Shown here piece after piece: positions 10,626-20,813 of a stretch of DNA of 35,685 nucleotides. Origin of the DNA: Catajapyx aquilonaris. Lineage: Eukaryota. Below the pieces are notes generated by a model. It made no database searches, had not been told where the DNA came from, and worked only from the letters and a program-made list of their open reading frames with translations. How positions within the stretch are numbered: position 1 is the first letter of the stretch; each line of letters opens with the position of its first letter. Location of the stretch: contig JYFJ02004025.1 of the NCBI GenBank assembly GCA_000934665.2, positions 1 through 35,685 on the forward strand, written 5' to 3'. Made by a program: the position numbers and the translations under genes.

Positions 10626-11559
10626 CGGGTTATACACCGTGCTTGGCATAGTAAGTACAGGTTGACATTACAAAAGTGTTAATGTTCGTCGCGTCAGTCA
10701 ATGTCACATCAAATTATGTGACAGTCATTTACCCCCTCTCTCTACGAGACAAAAAAAAACAGGGTTGCCCATAACCATCGGATTAATGCAGATCACCCTT
10801 ATTGAAAGTCAACCCTTCAACCTGGGTCATGACGCGTTTCATTAACCAAGAGCTAGACCCGCTCGGAATAAATCTTGTCTCTTTTTTCTCATGTTTGTTT
10901 GGGAGTATGTATATCCCACTGGGGATAAGATATCCTTCCACCATCTTTTTTCCCCCTGGTGTTAGGAAGCTGGAGTTTTTTTTTAGAAAAAAAATGGGAG
11001 TACGTGCATAGAGTAAATGATGTAATAGATATTAGTAGAGGGCACGAGGGCTGCGTTAATATGCTAAGAGTGCATTATGCGGGGTACATAATAATGTGTA
11101 CTTTTTATTGACCCGGACAGTACATCGTTTGGAGTAAAGCGGGGGGTGGTGGAGGGGGGGGGGGGGCAAAAGCATGGAGGCGAGAGATAAAGTAGGCCTA
11201 GGCGTGTCCTGGAAGAAATTTAATTCCGAGGCTTGGAAAATGAGTAAAACGTGGGAGGGATATGGCGAGGGAGAGCAGGAGGGGTGGTAAAGGTATACAG
11301 TTTCACGCCGGGATGGAAGAGAGATTGAATCGCGCCCAGTGCAGGTTATTACTCTCATTATCCGCACTTCTTTGCTCTGAAGGGTTAATTACACGTTTAG
11401 CAGTCACACTCGTCGGCTGTGTTCAGATTTGCAGCAAAGGGTTGGACCTGGGGACGGCTTATTCTAGTCAGGAGTCGAATAGTGTGAGATACTCCGGCGT
11501 AAGTTGTTCAGGAGTAACTTTTACCTCCCGATTATAGCGCGATATCAGTTATTTTTTGT

Positions 11560-11810
11560 AGCTTGTTGTGTCACTAGTCAGGTACCACCGACGCCAGGGG
11601 GTGGTCCTCCTCCTGGAAATTTGGCCACTCTTACGATCTTTAACGTGCACTCGCGCAATGTCACAATCACTTACTCAGCACTACTCACAAGCTTTACTTT
11701 CCCTGCGAAGAAAGGCGCACTCTCACTTTTCTACCACCAGGAGAAAAGCCACCGACCGCAGCCGGGTTCGAACCCACAACTTTTTGGGACTAGAGACACA
11801 TTCGAGTCGC
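11560..11810 (-). mobile_element. tRNA-derived SINE remnant, body resembling Nin/Deu-domain SINEs
   Basis: Pol III B-box GGGTTCGAACCC at 11764-11775. The body motifs GATCTTTAACGTGCAC (11635-11650) and GCTTTACTTTCCCTGCGAAGAAAGGCG resemble, from recall, the conserved central domain of invertebrate SINEs. The 3' boundary is approximate. Confidence 0.7.
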
Positions 11811-11813
11811 TAA

Positions 11814-12114
11814 TTTATATAAATAAAGCCGAAGTCTGTCTGTCTGTCCGCCTGTCAACCGTCATTTGCCTGCCATCTGTGCTCCACCCCCAGGCCGGGA
11901 GAGGATGGAGGTGTTGGGGGTTGACTACAGATGGCAGGCAAATGACGGTTGCCGTTATACAGGCGGGAGAGGTTGAAGGTGTTGGAGTAGCAGGACCACA
12001 GATGGCATTGGTGGCCGGACACACAGAAAGACAGACAGTTGACGGGGGTACTGGCAGGTGTTTTCCCTTCATTCATTTCTTCCCGGGCAACGCCACGCCG
12101 GGTGCCGCAGCTAG
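11814..12114 (+). mobile_element. Non-autonomous Helitron (301 bp)
   Basis: The 5' end A|TTTATATAAATAAA (canonical TC decayed to TT) is followed by a (GTCT)n tract. The 3' end is CCCGGGCAACGCC(ACGCC)GGG hairpin ... GCAGCTAG|T, inserted between A and T with no TSD. An internal 25-bp perfect inverted repeat lies at 11856-11880/11927-11951. Confidence 0.85.
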
Positions 12115-13189
12115 TAAGAGAATATAAATAACTGCTATCAGTTAGAGAGAATTCTGGTAACCACTACACTCCAGACCACTAGATGTCAGGGCCTTTTTCT
12201 TCAGCAGCCAACCTGCCATCTGGTGTGGTACCCTTCCCAACGGCCATTTAATATTCGAAAAAGCTATTCGGTTGGGCCAAAGTCTGGCTGCAAAAACCGG
12301 GCTTAGACGTTTTAATCATGGCCAGATATTATCAGCACCACCCCTCGTACACACTGGGGGCGTCTGTCAGAAAACATCAGCTGGATTTTGGGGACTGCTG
12401 GTTTTCCGCTGCCGTCGCTCATTTACGCGGCTGCCAACCCAGCCCCACCTCTGGCTGCTTAGAGCCCACTGCAATTATTATTAGTACCCAGAGACAGGGG
12501 GAAAATAATGTTCTGGGTACGAGTTCCAGTTAGCAGTTAATCACGACAGATATAGATACAAATTTGAAAAATTTTGTTGCCCCAGCCCGTTGTCCGCAGA
12601 GTCCATCATCATCTAGTTTTCATCCGACCACTGATAGTTTGTACTCCTCATTATTCCCGATGGGGGATATGGTGCTGTGTATAGTGTGGGGGGGGGAAGA
12701 GCATAACTAACATAATTGGTTTTAAATTAACTGAAAACGATTATGAAACAATGTTGGATTTTGTGGGGGGGGAGTTTTACCACCACCTTTATTTCGGGCA
12801 TGCCCCAAATTCGCATTGGCGGGATGTAAAAGGCATTCTTCAGCAGATTCGCGTATTTCTACTGTAATTTTTTTTGTGGGGGGGGGGGGGGGGGTTTNGG
12901 GGGCGGATTTTTTAGCCCGTTAATTGTTGATGGTAATTACGGGTTACCTGGCGGTATACTTTTGGGACTCACTTTTGAAATATGGTGTTAGTAACGAGGC
13001 ATTCAAACTGATGGTAATAACTGCTATTGAAGTTTACCAAATACAATTACAGAAACCAATAAAATAATTGTTACTTAACATAACTGATTGTAGACGTCGA
13101 CCAAGCATAAAATAAACGTTCCATCAAGTATAATTATAATCAGTGCTAACAATGAAATAATAAAGCGGTTTAGAGAGTATAAACAAACT

Positions 13190-13862
13190 GCTACTAAACT
13201 CCTCCAAAGTGTTAAATCACTGCTACACTAATAACTATTGTATTATAAAGTTACAAAAATATGAAGTCACTGCTACTAAACTGCTACCAAGCTTAAAATC
13301 ACTGCTACCAATAAAGTAACTCGTGAACGTTGCATCAAAATCGCTGCTAGCAATGAAATAATATTAGTAACACGTATGAAAATTTCAGAAAGTAACTGAC
13401 TCTTAAAAGCCTACCCAACTGGGTAGCAAAATATTAGGGATATTATGTTTGCTGAAACCTTAATAGCAGTTATTCGTAGAAGTGATTTTATACTGGTATA
13501 AAATCACTTCTACGAATAACTGTTATTAAAGTTTCAGCAAACATAATATCCCTAATATTTTGCTTATACCAAGTATCAAATCACTGCTATTTATGCCACC
13601 AAGTACAAAATCATTTCTATTTTACACAACCTAATATAAAATCACTGCTATTTACGCCACCATGTACAATATCATTGCTATTTTACGTTACAGAGTATTA
13701 AATGATTGCTATTTACGACACCAAATACAAAATTAAAGTTATTTTACTCTACAGAGTATAACATCACTGCTTTTTAATTCTGCCAAATATAAATCACTCC
13801 TATTATTCCACCAAGTGTAAAATCACTTCTATTTATTTCTACAAAATAATAAAATCACTGTG
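13190..13862. repeat. Degenerate ~30-bp tandem field built on AAATCACTGCTA
   Basis: AAATCA(C/T)T(G/T)CTA recurs at roughly 30-bp spacing, clearest at 13575-13862. Confidence 0.8.
13425..13564. repeat. 140-bp near-perfect palindrome (69-bp arms, 2-nt spacer)
   Basis: AGCAAAATATTAGGGATATT...GTGATTTTATAC-TG-GTATAAAATCAC...AATATCCCTAATATTTTGCT, with about 2 mismatches. Confidence 0.95.
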
Positions 13863-13917
13863 ACCGATATGTAGCTGTTAAGATTTTCATCAAGTGCATG
13901 ATCACTGAATGCTCCAC

Positions 13918-14284
13918 CAGGGAGCATATACTACATAAGAGGCGCAAACTTCTGTCGGTGCCTTTGATGTTCGCGTCTCTCTGTTTGGGGCCGTTGCCAA
14001 GGCTTGCGGCCATCTTGAAGTATAGGGAACGCCAACGAGGTATAAATAGGATACAGGCAAAAATAGGGTCCGCCATCTTTGATGATTTTGGCGGCCATGG
14101 CAACTACACGGCAAGAACACGCGCGAATCAAAGATGGCGGACCCTATTTTTGCATGTGCTCTATTTATACCTCGTTTGCGTTGCACAGACTTCAAGATGG
14201 CCGCCAGCCTTGGCAACGCCCCAAACAGAGAGACGCGGAAATCGAATGTTTGCGCCTCTTATGTAGTAGGCTATATGCTCCCTG
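13918..14284. mobile_element. Foldback/MITE element, copy 1 (367 bp), 7-bp TSD, probably P/Galileo-superfamily non-autonomous
   Basis: Ends are CAGGGAGCATATA...TATATGCTCCCTG with long imperfect inverted arms (~160 bp). The exact flanking duplication GCTCCAC is at 13911-13917 and 14285-14291. The element is homologous to 30782-31268. Confidence 0.92.
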
Positions 14285-15028
14285 GCTCCACCATGTAGGC
14301 TATAAGATCACTGCTACTAGTAGAATAACAGTTGTAACGAACTTTTAACAGCTTTTTTTGGTATGTCCCTGCAGATTATTATCAGTGTGTGTCTGTTGTT
14401 CGTTACAGAAAATATTTTTAAGCAACTTTGCGATGCCTCTAGTAATAGCGTTTAGCAGTAGAGGCGTGCTAACCAAACCCGGCTGTCAAGTCAAGGGCGT
14501 GTGCCAATCTTGTTGTCAACTCGCAGAGCGGCAAGTTGGCTCCATTAGATTATTATTATTGAAACAGTCCCGGAGAAGCGAGCGAAAAGCGGTGTTTTTG
14601 GCTTGGGTCTCCTCCGCCATCCGTCACTGCCTATATTGGTTTTTGTGCCAGTTGGGCTTCCCCAAAGGAGGAATTAGTCGGATCGCATTCGATTCTGTTT
14701 AGCAACTAAAACGACTCGCAGCTACTTGCGGTTACCGGTTCCCTTCGCGTCCCTATAGGAGTAACGCTTGATCCGGCTCGCCCTGGTGCTAATCCGCGAA
14801 CAAACTGGGTCTAACCGCGACCATTAAGAGAGAGTTTGGACTAGGCTTAGTCCCACATGTGTTCATTTCATAACTGGTCTCACACCCTTCCAACCAACAA
14901 AACACAAAATAGGGTTGGATCCAACACCCATGTGCACACAATGCTTTGGGTTAATGCATTGCGTCCATGCAACAATGTTTGGGTACTGTGGGAATAAAAC
15001 GGGTTTACCTGATATTGTGACAAGTCCG

Positions 15029-15043
15029 CTGGGTACGCCACTG
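15029..15043 (-). mobile_element. Solo hAT-type MITE terminus
   Basis: The reverse complement reads CAGTGGCGTACCCAG, a common hAT-MITE end. No partner end or TSD was found. Confidence 0.3.
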
Positions 15044-15123
15044 TGTCTGTGGAATAACGCAAAGGTTAACCTGCTTTTGTGGCAATGACGCAGGGTTATA
15101 ATAATTATAAAACACAAATACCT

Positions 15124-15190
15124 GCACAAACAAACAAACATTGGCTTTTATAATAATGCTAGAGAAAAAAAACCTCGCTTCGCTCGCATT
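15124..15190. mobile_element. Possible Helentron/HINE-type end remnant
   Basis: A (CAAA)n tract and GGCTTTTATAATAAT are followed by CTCGCTTCGCTCG. I recall this arrangement from DINE-1/HINE-like ends. The other end was not found. Confidence 0.3.
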
Positions 15191-15265
15191 TTTCTAGGGC
15201 TTAAGCCTAGAAAGCTGCTCGCTTGAAGACGGTCAGCGAACAAATGGATAGTTGCATTCTCCCAC

Positions 15266-15358
15266 CCACCAGAGGCGCTGTCTCCAGCTCATTGCGCATG
15301 CGCGGAACGGGAGCCAATCGGAAACGTCGTGGTAACAATATGAGGCCGACCAATCAGA
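15266..15358. promoter_or_regulatory. Dense housekeeping-promoter-like motif cluster with no assigned gene
   Basis: CTCF-like CCACCAGAGGCGCT (15266), NRF1/Ewg-like TGCGCATGCGCG (15293-15304), two same-strand CCAAT boxes AGCCAATCG (CCAAT at 15314) and GACCAATCAG (15350), and RFX half-site GGTAAC (15331). Confidence 0.55.
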
Positions 15359-16406
15359 AGGCACATTTTGTCCCACACTCCCACTGCTTAGTTACTGCTA
15401 ACTTAGCAGTACCATTGCCAACAAGCTACTAATAAGTTAGCAATACCACCCAATATTTTTTTGAATTATTATAATATATTGTAATTTACACTGGATTTAA
15501 AATTACGAAATTATTTGCCTACTTCTCGACGAATAGTTGCAAAAAAATAGTGGATCATATTGTGCGAACAAAATAATAAACTGTAGCTAAAATTATTGAA
15601 AAGTTATATCATAATAAAGGAATATTTTAAGAAACATTACAGTAATGCAAAATTTAAACTAGTACAAAGTAATAAATGCTTGGGATAATTTTTGCAATCA
15701 ATTTTCATAGAACGAACTAATTACTCTAAAGTCAAACATGTTACTGTACATTACAGTTCAACCTGATTTTTTGGCAACGGTGTTGATATCAGTTATGCAA
15801 TTGCACTGGGCAATTGGAAAACAGTGCTTGGGATTAGGAAAAAAAAAAGTTTTTCTTTTGCACGAGCTCACGTCATACTCATTGCACCTGAGGTATTACG
15901 TCCGGGCTTACTTTTTAAAAATGCAACCGTCTACATTATTTACAGTGTTTCGGGTTTTAAAACACAAACCGCTTGCAGCATGCAAATGATATGTTGCAGC
16001 GGTTTATGTCCATTACAAAATAACAAAAAAAACAACAGTTGGTGTACGCCCAAAAATAATTACATTACGCCTCGAGTCAAATTGTGCCCAGTGCAATGCC
16101 CAGGTTTTATTTATGTAACATTACATGGTCAAGTCATACGCATTGTAATAACACGAGACGCATATTTAAAATTATACTCGTACTGTAGGCTACAACTAGT
16201 GCGTGTAAAGCGCGTTAATCATTTGACGCACTTAATTAGTCATTTAAGAATTATATTTGTCGTTAATTAATTTTATAATAGTTAAATGAGCTACCTTTTC
16301 ACACACCTGGCCACCTTTGCTTTCTCCTGACAACTCTGGTATGCACCTGTCAACCCTGATGTCGTGAGGCTGCCATTTTGACCCCGTACTTTTTAAAAAA
16401 TTTAAC

Positions 16407-16731
16407 TGTTAGTTAAGAAATAATCTCAGTTTCAGGCCTAGTTTCTCCAACAATTCTTCTGTTAAGATATAATCTCAGTTTAAGGCCTAGTTTCCCCAAC
16501 AATGTTTCTGTTAGTTAAGATATAATCTCAGTTTAAGGCCTAGTTTCTCCAAACTTTTTTCGGTTAGTTAAGAGATAATCTCAGTTTAAGGCCTAGTTTC
16601 TCCAACCATTTTTCGGTTAGGTCAGATATAATCTCAGTTTAAGGCCTAGTGTCTCCAACCATTTTCCGGTTAGTTAAGATATAATCTCCGTTTAAGGCCC
16701 AGTTTCTCCAGCCTTTTTTCGGTCAGTTAAG
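16407..16731. repeat. 53-bp tandem repeat x ~6
   Basis: TAATCTC(A/C)GT recurs at 16421, 16470, 16523, 16576, 16629 and 16682. The first unit carries a 4-bp deletion. Confidence 0.96.
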
Positions 16732-16827
16732 CACTAACTGTATAAAGTTTAAACTAATTTTTTTGAAGTATCACTTAAACTACGGTTAGCTATTAACGGC
16801 CCGTTAGAAAGTTGGAGAAACTTGGAA

Positions 16828-16959
16828 TACGGGCCGGTTTCACCAAGAGCGGTTTATGATAATACCCCTGTTCTTTCGGAAACTCCCTGCAAATAGAATA
16901 GGGATTTTCCGAAATAACAGGGGTTTTATCATAAACCGGTATTGGTGAAACCGGCCGTA
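16828..16959. mobile_element. Palindromic MITE (~130 bp), TA-flanked
   Basis: TA-CGGGCCGGTTTCACCAAGAGCGGTTTATGATAATACCCCTGTT... pairs with ...AACAGGGGTTTTATCATAAACCGGTATTGGTGAAACCGGCCG-TA. Arms are ~60 bp and the spacer ~11 nt. Confidence 0.85.
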
Positions 16960-17196
16960 AGTTAGTTACTACCGTATAAAACAAGCAGGGAAAAAATCAT
17001 GCCAATCGGATGGTTTCCCAGAATCTTCTTGCCTGACTGGCTTCACTTTGACTTATACTTCCGTTAGCCTTTAACGGCCGGTTAAAAGCAGTTGTGTGCT
17101 GCAACTGATGAAGCTAATATTTTCTGACGCAACAATGCACAAACTGTCTTCGATTCATACAATTTTCAAGCACATATCGCATTCCCAACCTGCAAC

Positions 17197-17370
17197 TTTC
17201 TCCCGCCCCTCGTATATGCATTTCGCCCCAAAAATGGCGGCCTCGAGTTGCTTCCATACTGAAACGGATGAGTTGATTAAAACGAGGTTTTTGTAGGAAG
17301 AATAAAAAAAAGGCTGGGGCTGATTCCAACTATACATAATTTCGTATCGCCAATCCCCCTATTGACGTCA
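17197..17370. promoter_or_regulatory. Second promoter-like motif cluster
   Basis: E2F-like TCCCGCC and TTTCGCCC, strong YY1/Pho AAAATGGCGGC (17231-17241), CCAAT (17350) and perfect CRE TGACGTCA (17363-17370). Confidence 0.35.
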
Positions 17371-17693
17371 CTCCGGATGATTTGGGAGGTGGGTCTGAGT
17401 CCAGGTAAAGCCCCATCCAGCGTGCGACTTTTTGGAGCAAAGTACATCCATGAATGTTGAATGTGATGGCAGCACCACAGCAGTCCACGTGGAAGTGCAG
17501 CCATGAATTTTCCCTTGGACAAAAAAAAAAAAAATGCTGGTGGTGGGTCGGCAGGGGGGGNNNNNGGGGGGGGCTGTAAAATGAGTATGGAGGCGCCTCT
17601 TCTAGATTAGAAAATTGTTTGAATTGTAAAATTAAAATCATGACTTGTGCTAAATTAAACGCGATTAGAAAATTAATCATATTTTGAAAATTC

Positions 17694-17780
17694 AACTGTA
17701 AAATGAACTTAACATGATGATAATTTGAAGTAAAATAATTTTACTTCAAATTATCAGCATGTTAAGTTTATTTTACAGTT
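17694..17780. repeat. 87-bp near-perfect palindrome (43-bp arms, 1-nt spacer)
   Basis: AACTGTAAAATGAACTTAACATGATGATAATTTGAAGTAAAAT-A-ATTTTACTTCAAATTATCAGCATGTTAAGTTTATTTTACAGTT, with 2 mismatches. Confidence 0.95.
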
Positions 17781-19381
17781 TAATTATTAATTATTATTAT
17801 TCATTAGTTTATTTAATTTTTATTGTCGGTATGAATAGATTAGAATATTATAATATCGTTAGATTAGAAATATAAATTGATTTGACGATTATTTTTTTGA
17901 AAATAAACAATTTGATTTTTTGTAAATTAAGCGGAAAAAATTAATAATATGATAATGAATTGAAATCAAAATTATAGCTGAAAATTAGCAATATATAAAT
18001 TGATTGAATGATTGCATCGTTAACATTTCATTTCAAAGTAGTGGATTTAAACTGAACATTAATTGATCATATAATTCGAAATACAGTATTGCTTGCTTAT
18101 ACTATTAATTGTTGAAAATTTAACTCAAAATAAATATAATAATTTGAATAAATTGAATAGAAAATCGTATCATGAGAATTATTTATTAAAGAGCAGTTAC
18201 TTGAAAATTTAAAATTGATACAAAAATTCCAAATATAAATTGTTTAGACAATTAGGTATATTAAATTTTGTTAATTAAAAGCGATGAATTTTAAGCCGAA
18301 ATTTTACTGAAACAAAGATTTAAATTTAACACGACTCGAAAATTATTTATATCATTACTTGAAACCAGCTAAATTTAACATTGCAAATAAAAAATTACTT
18401 TACCTTACAGTCCAACATTTTAATCAAATCGCCATTCTGTTTTATATATCATCGCTTTAAATTCGCACACTAATCGAAACCAGCTAAAATTCAGCAACAC
18501 TGCTAATTTTGCAGCCGTTATTTTTCCCCACCATCCACACAGTAGCTGTGAATGCAGCTATTAGTCCACGTCACAAGTCGTGCCTTTGGAAATATGACAC
18601 CGACCTAATTCTCTCACGTAACCCGAAGTGCGATTAGTGGCCAGGATGAGGCAAAAAAAATTAGCGAGAGAGGGTGTGGTTGGAGAGGGGGGATGGGTGG
18701 GGGGGTGTGTAATTATAATTTTCCATTGATTTTGGTCTCTTCTGGAGTGGAACGACAAGGCAATTTACTGCTGTTGTTTTGCGCTGCAGCGTTGCGGGAG
18801 ACTGCGATATCTTCTTCGCCAAATTATTATGCAGGGGGCTTGGCAGGCCAGGTAGAAAAACCCGGTTTGCGTCAAATGTCCAACTAGCGCCATTTTTTTG
18901 TGTTGCAGAGGACAAAATCGTTGTAATTAATGTGAGTTTGGCCGCAAAAACGCTGCTGGAGGAGTTAATCAACTTTGGATTCAATTATTTCTGAATAGTT
19001 TCATGTGCCCATTGTCCACGCTTTAAATTGTTCGCACTCCACAAAGTCTGCTCGGTTGCATCAACGAAAATCTAAAATTAATATTAGATATGATACGATA
19101 TTAATCTGAACATTAACACAAAAAATAAATGCTCAATTTTTCTAATAAACAAATAAAACAAAATTGAAGGGCAAGCGAAATTACATGATTTTCTGCCTTC
19201 AGTTTCTTGATTAATTTATTATTTATTATTTATTACCGTTTGTTATTTTTATTATTATGCTTATATGATATTTATTATCATTCTATTATTGTTATATTTC
19301 TTATAATTATTGTTGTACTTGTATATTATTATATTCACTATTGCATTATTTTATCATGTTCCTTATTACATTATCTTATTA

Positions 19382-19518
19382 CTAGCACACCCGTAGCCAA
19401 AATTAGGCAAGGCCTGATGATTTAGTGCCGTGATCAGAAGGTGGCAGCACTCACCGGGGACAGTTCTCCTTCCGGAGCGTTCCGGAGGCGAAAAAAATAA
19501 GGCTGTTATTATTATAGA
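19382..19518 (-). mobile_element. Very short Helitron-like element (~137 bp)
   Basis: The minus strand begins TCTATAATAAT and ends ...TGCCTAATTTTGGCTACGGGTGTGCTAG|T (decayed hairpin plus CTAG). It is a GC-rich island in AT-rich sequence. Confidence 0.6.
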
Positions 19519-20601
19519 GGGAATATTCATTATTACATTATTTTATCAGATTTATTGTGTTTGTTAAATTTATTATTAAATTTGTAATTTATATTAATGA
19601 TTCGTCCTGATGTTATAGTTTGTTCCAAAATATTTCAGAGGTTGTGTGTGTAAATATTATTCCGAAAAATCGCTGATAATATCGCTCTGTATTTTTGAGC
19701 AGAATATTAATTCAAAAAGACCGCAATGATTGTTAATACATTGCGTATAATCAGTACAGTGCTATCAAATTTGTGATTTATAATGAGCCAGACGCTTTTT
19801 ACGTGTATACAATTTCCTGACAAGAAGTCGCCGGTTTTCACCAAAAATAACGATTATTGACATAATATGACATTATATTTTGAGAGCAGTTTAATACTAC
19901 TTTATAGGGAAGTTGGCAAGAATATTGTAACGACTAAAATCTCCTCATTAGCGTTACACAGAAATGAAGCATCAAACAGCTCCCCATGTTTTCCAACCCA
20001 TTTTTTTTCTGGAGGAAATATCTTTTCTTTTCATATATAATTGGCACAATCCCCTGATGAAGTAAAAGTGTAATACTTTTTTTTTCTTGCCCTCTTCTCA
20101 GTTTTTATGCAAACCAGAGAATATGACAAGTTTTATTCCCCCCGTTTCTCGAAACCTTACGATCGAGTTAATGAAATAGGATTTTTGAAAAGACGCGGAG
20201 AAGTGTAATTAGGTTACAATTACAAAAACTTGCAACTTGGTCTAATTGGAAAGGCAACGTTTTTCCTTAGTCGGTTTTTGAGCTGTTTCTAGTACGCAGA
20301 AGGTCTGTTTTGTCTCGAACGTTGCTCTGTTGGGGGATCAAAAAAATAGTTTATTTCCACTCCCACAAGTCTACCGCGGGGGAAAAAAAAAGCTGAAACT
20401 AATAAACAGGATCCAGAAGGCGAGGTTGACGTCTTGGTTTTTTGGGGCGATATCAAAACTTGTGGCATTCCATCGATTTCTCTGCCAAAGTTTCTTATCT
20501 GAAGTGTTTATAACCTAGAAATACCTCGCCAATTTTTTTGCAGATATTTTCTGAACAATTGGGATTCCGAATAATGTGAATACAAATCAATGATTCAGAT
20601 T

Positions 20602-20813
20602 CAAATCAAAATCATTGATTAGCATTCAAATTATATTGACTCCAAATCGTTGATTTGTTTTCAAATAGTTCTGAATCCAATTCGCAGATTTTTATTCACA
20701 TCATAATGAATAAATCATGAATAAAAATCATGAATTGGATTCAGAACTATTTGAAAACAAATCAACGATTTGGAGTCAATATAATTTGAATGCAAATCAA
20801 TGATTTTGATTTG
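20602..20813. repeat. ~212-bp inverted repeat (~95-bp arms, ~20-nt spacer) within a degenerate AAATCAA-rich field
   Basis: CAAATCAAAATCATTGATTAGCATTCAAATTATATTGACTCCAAATCGTTGATTTGTTTTCAAATAGTTCTGAATCCAATTC is mirrored almost exactly at 20732-20813. Confidence 0.93.

Noticed and set aside
8157..11388. TTAA-CCC ... GGG-TTAA pair bracketing the zinc-finger gene (piggyBac capture?)
   Set aside because: The putative TIRs match poorly beyond CCC, and TTAACCC/GGGTTAA occurs several other times in the window.
11504..12127. 207-aa ORF, the second longest in the window
   Set aside because: It runs across a SINE and a Helitron, starts at a non-ATG codon and has no recognisable domain.
13855..14348. 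Overlapping ORFs on both strands with similar peptides, repeated at 30708-31466
   Set aside because: The similarity comes from the inverted arms of the foldback element. There are no transposase motifs.
16407..16731. Regular arrays (53, 30, 18, 17 bp) as possible CRISPR arrays
   Set aside because: The units are head-to-tail with no unique spacers, there are no cas genes, and the context is eukaryotic.
18540..19000. GC-richer blocks with short ORFs here and at 27770-28340 and 34139-34660
   Set aside because: No protein similarity or convincing splice-bounded frames. They may be enhancers, but nothing specific can be supported.
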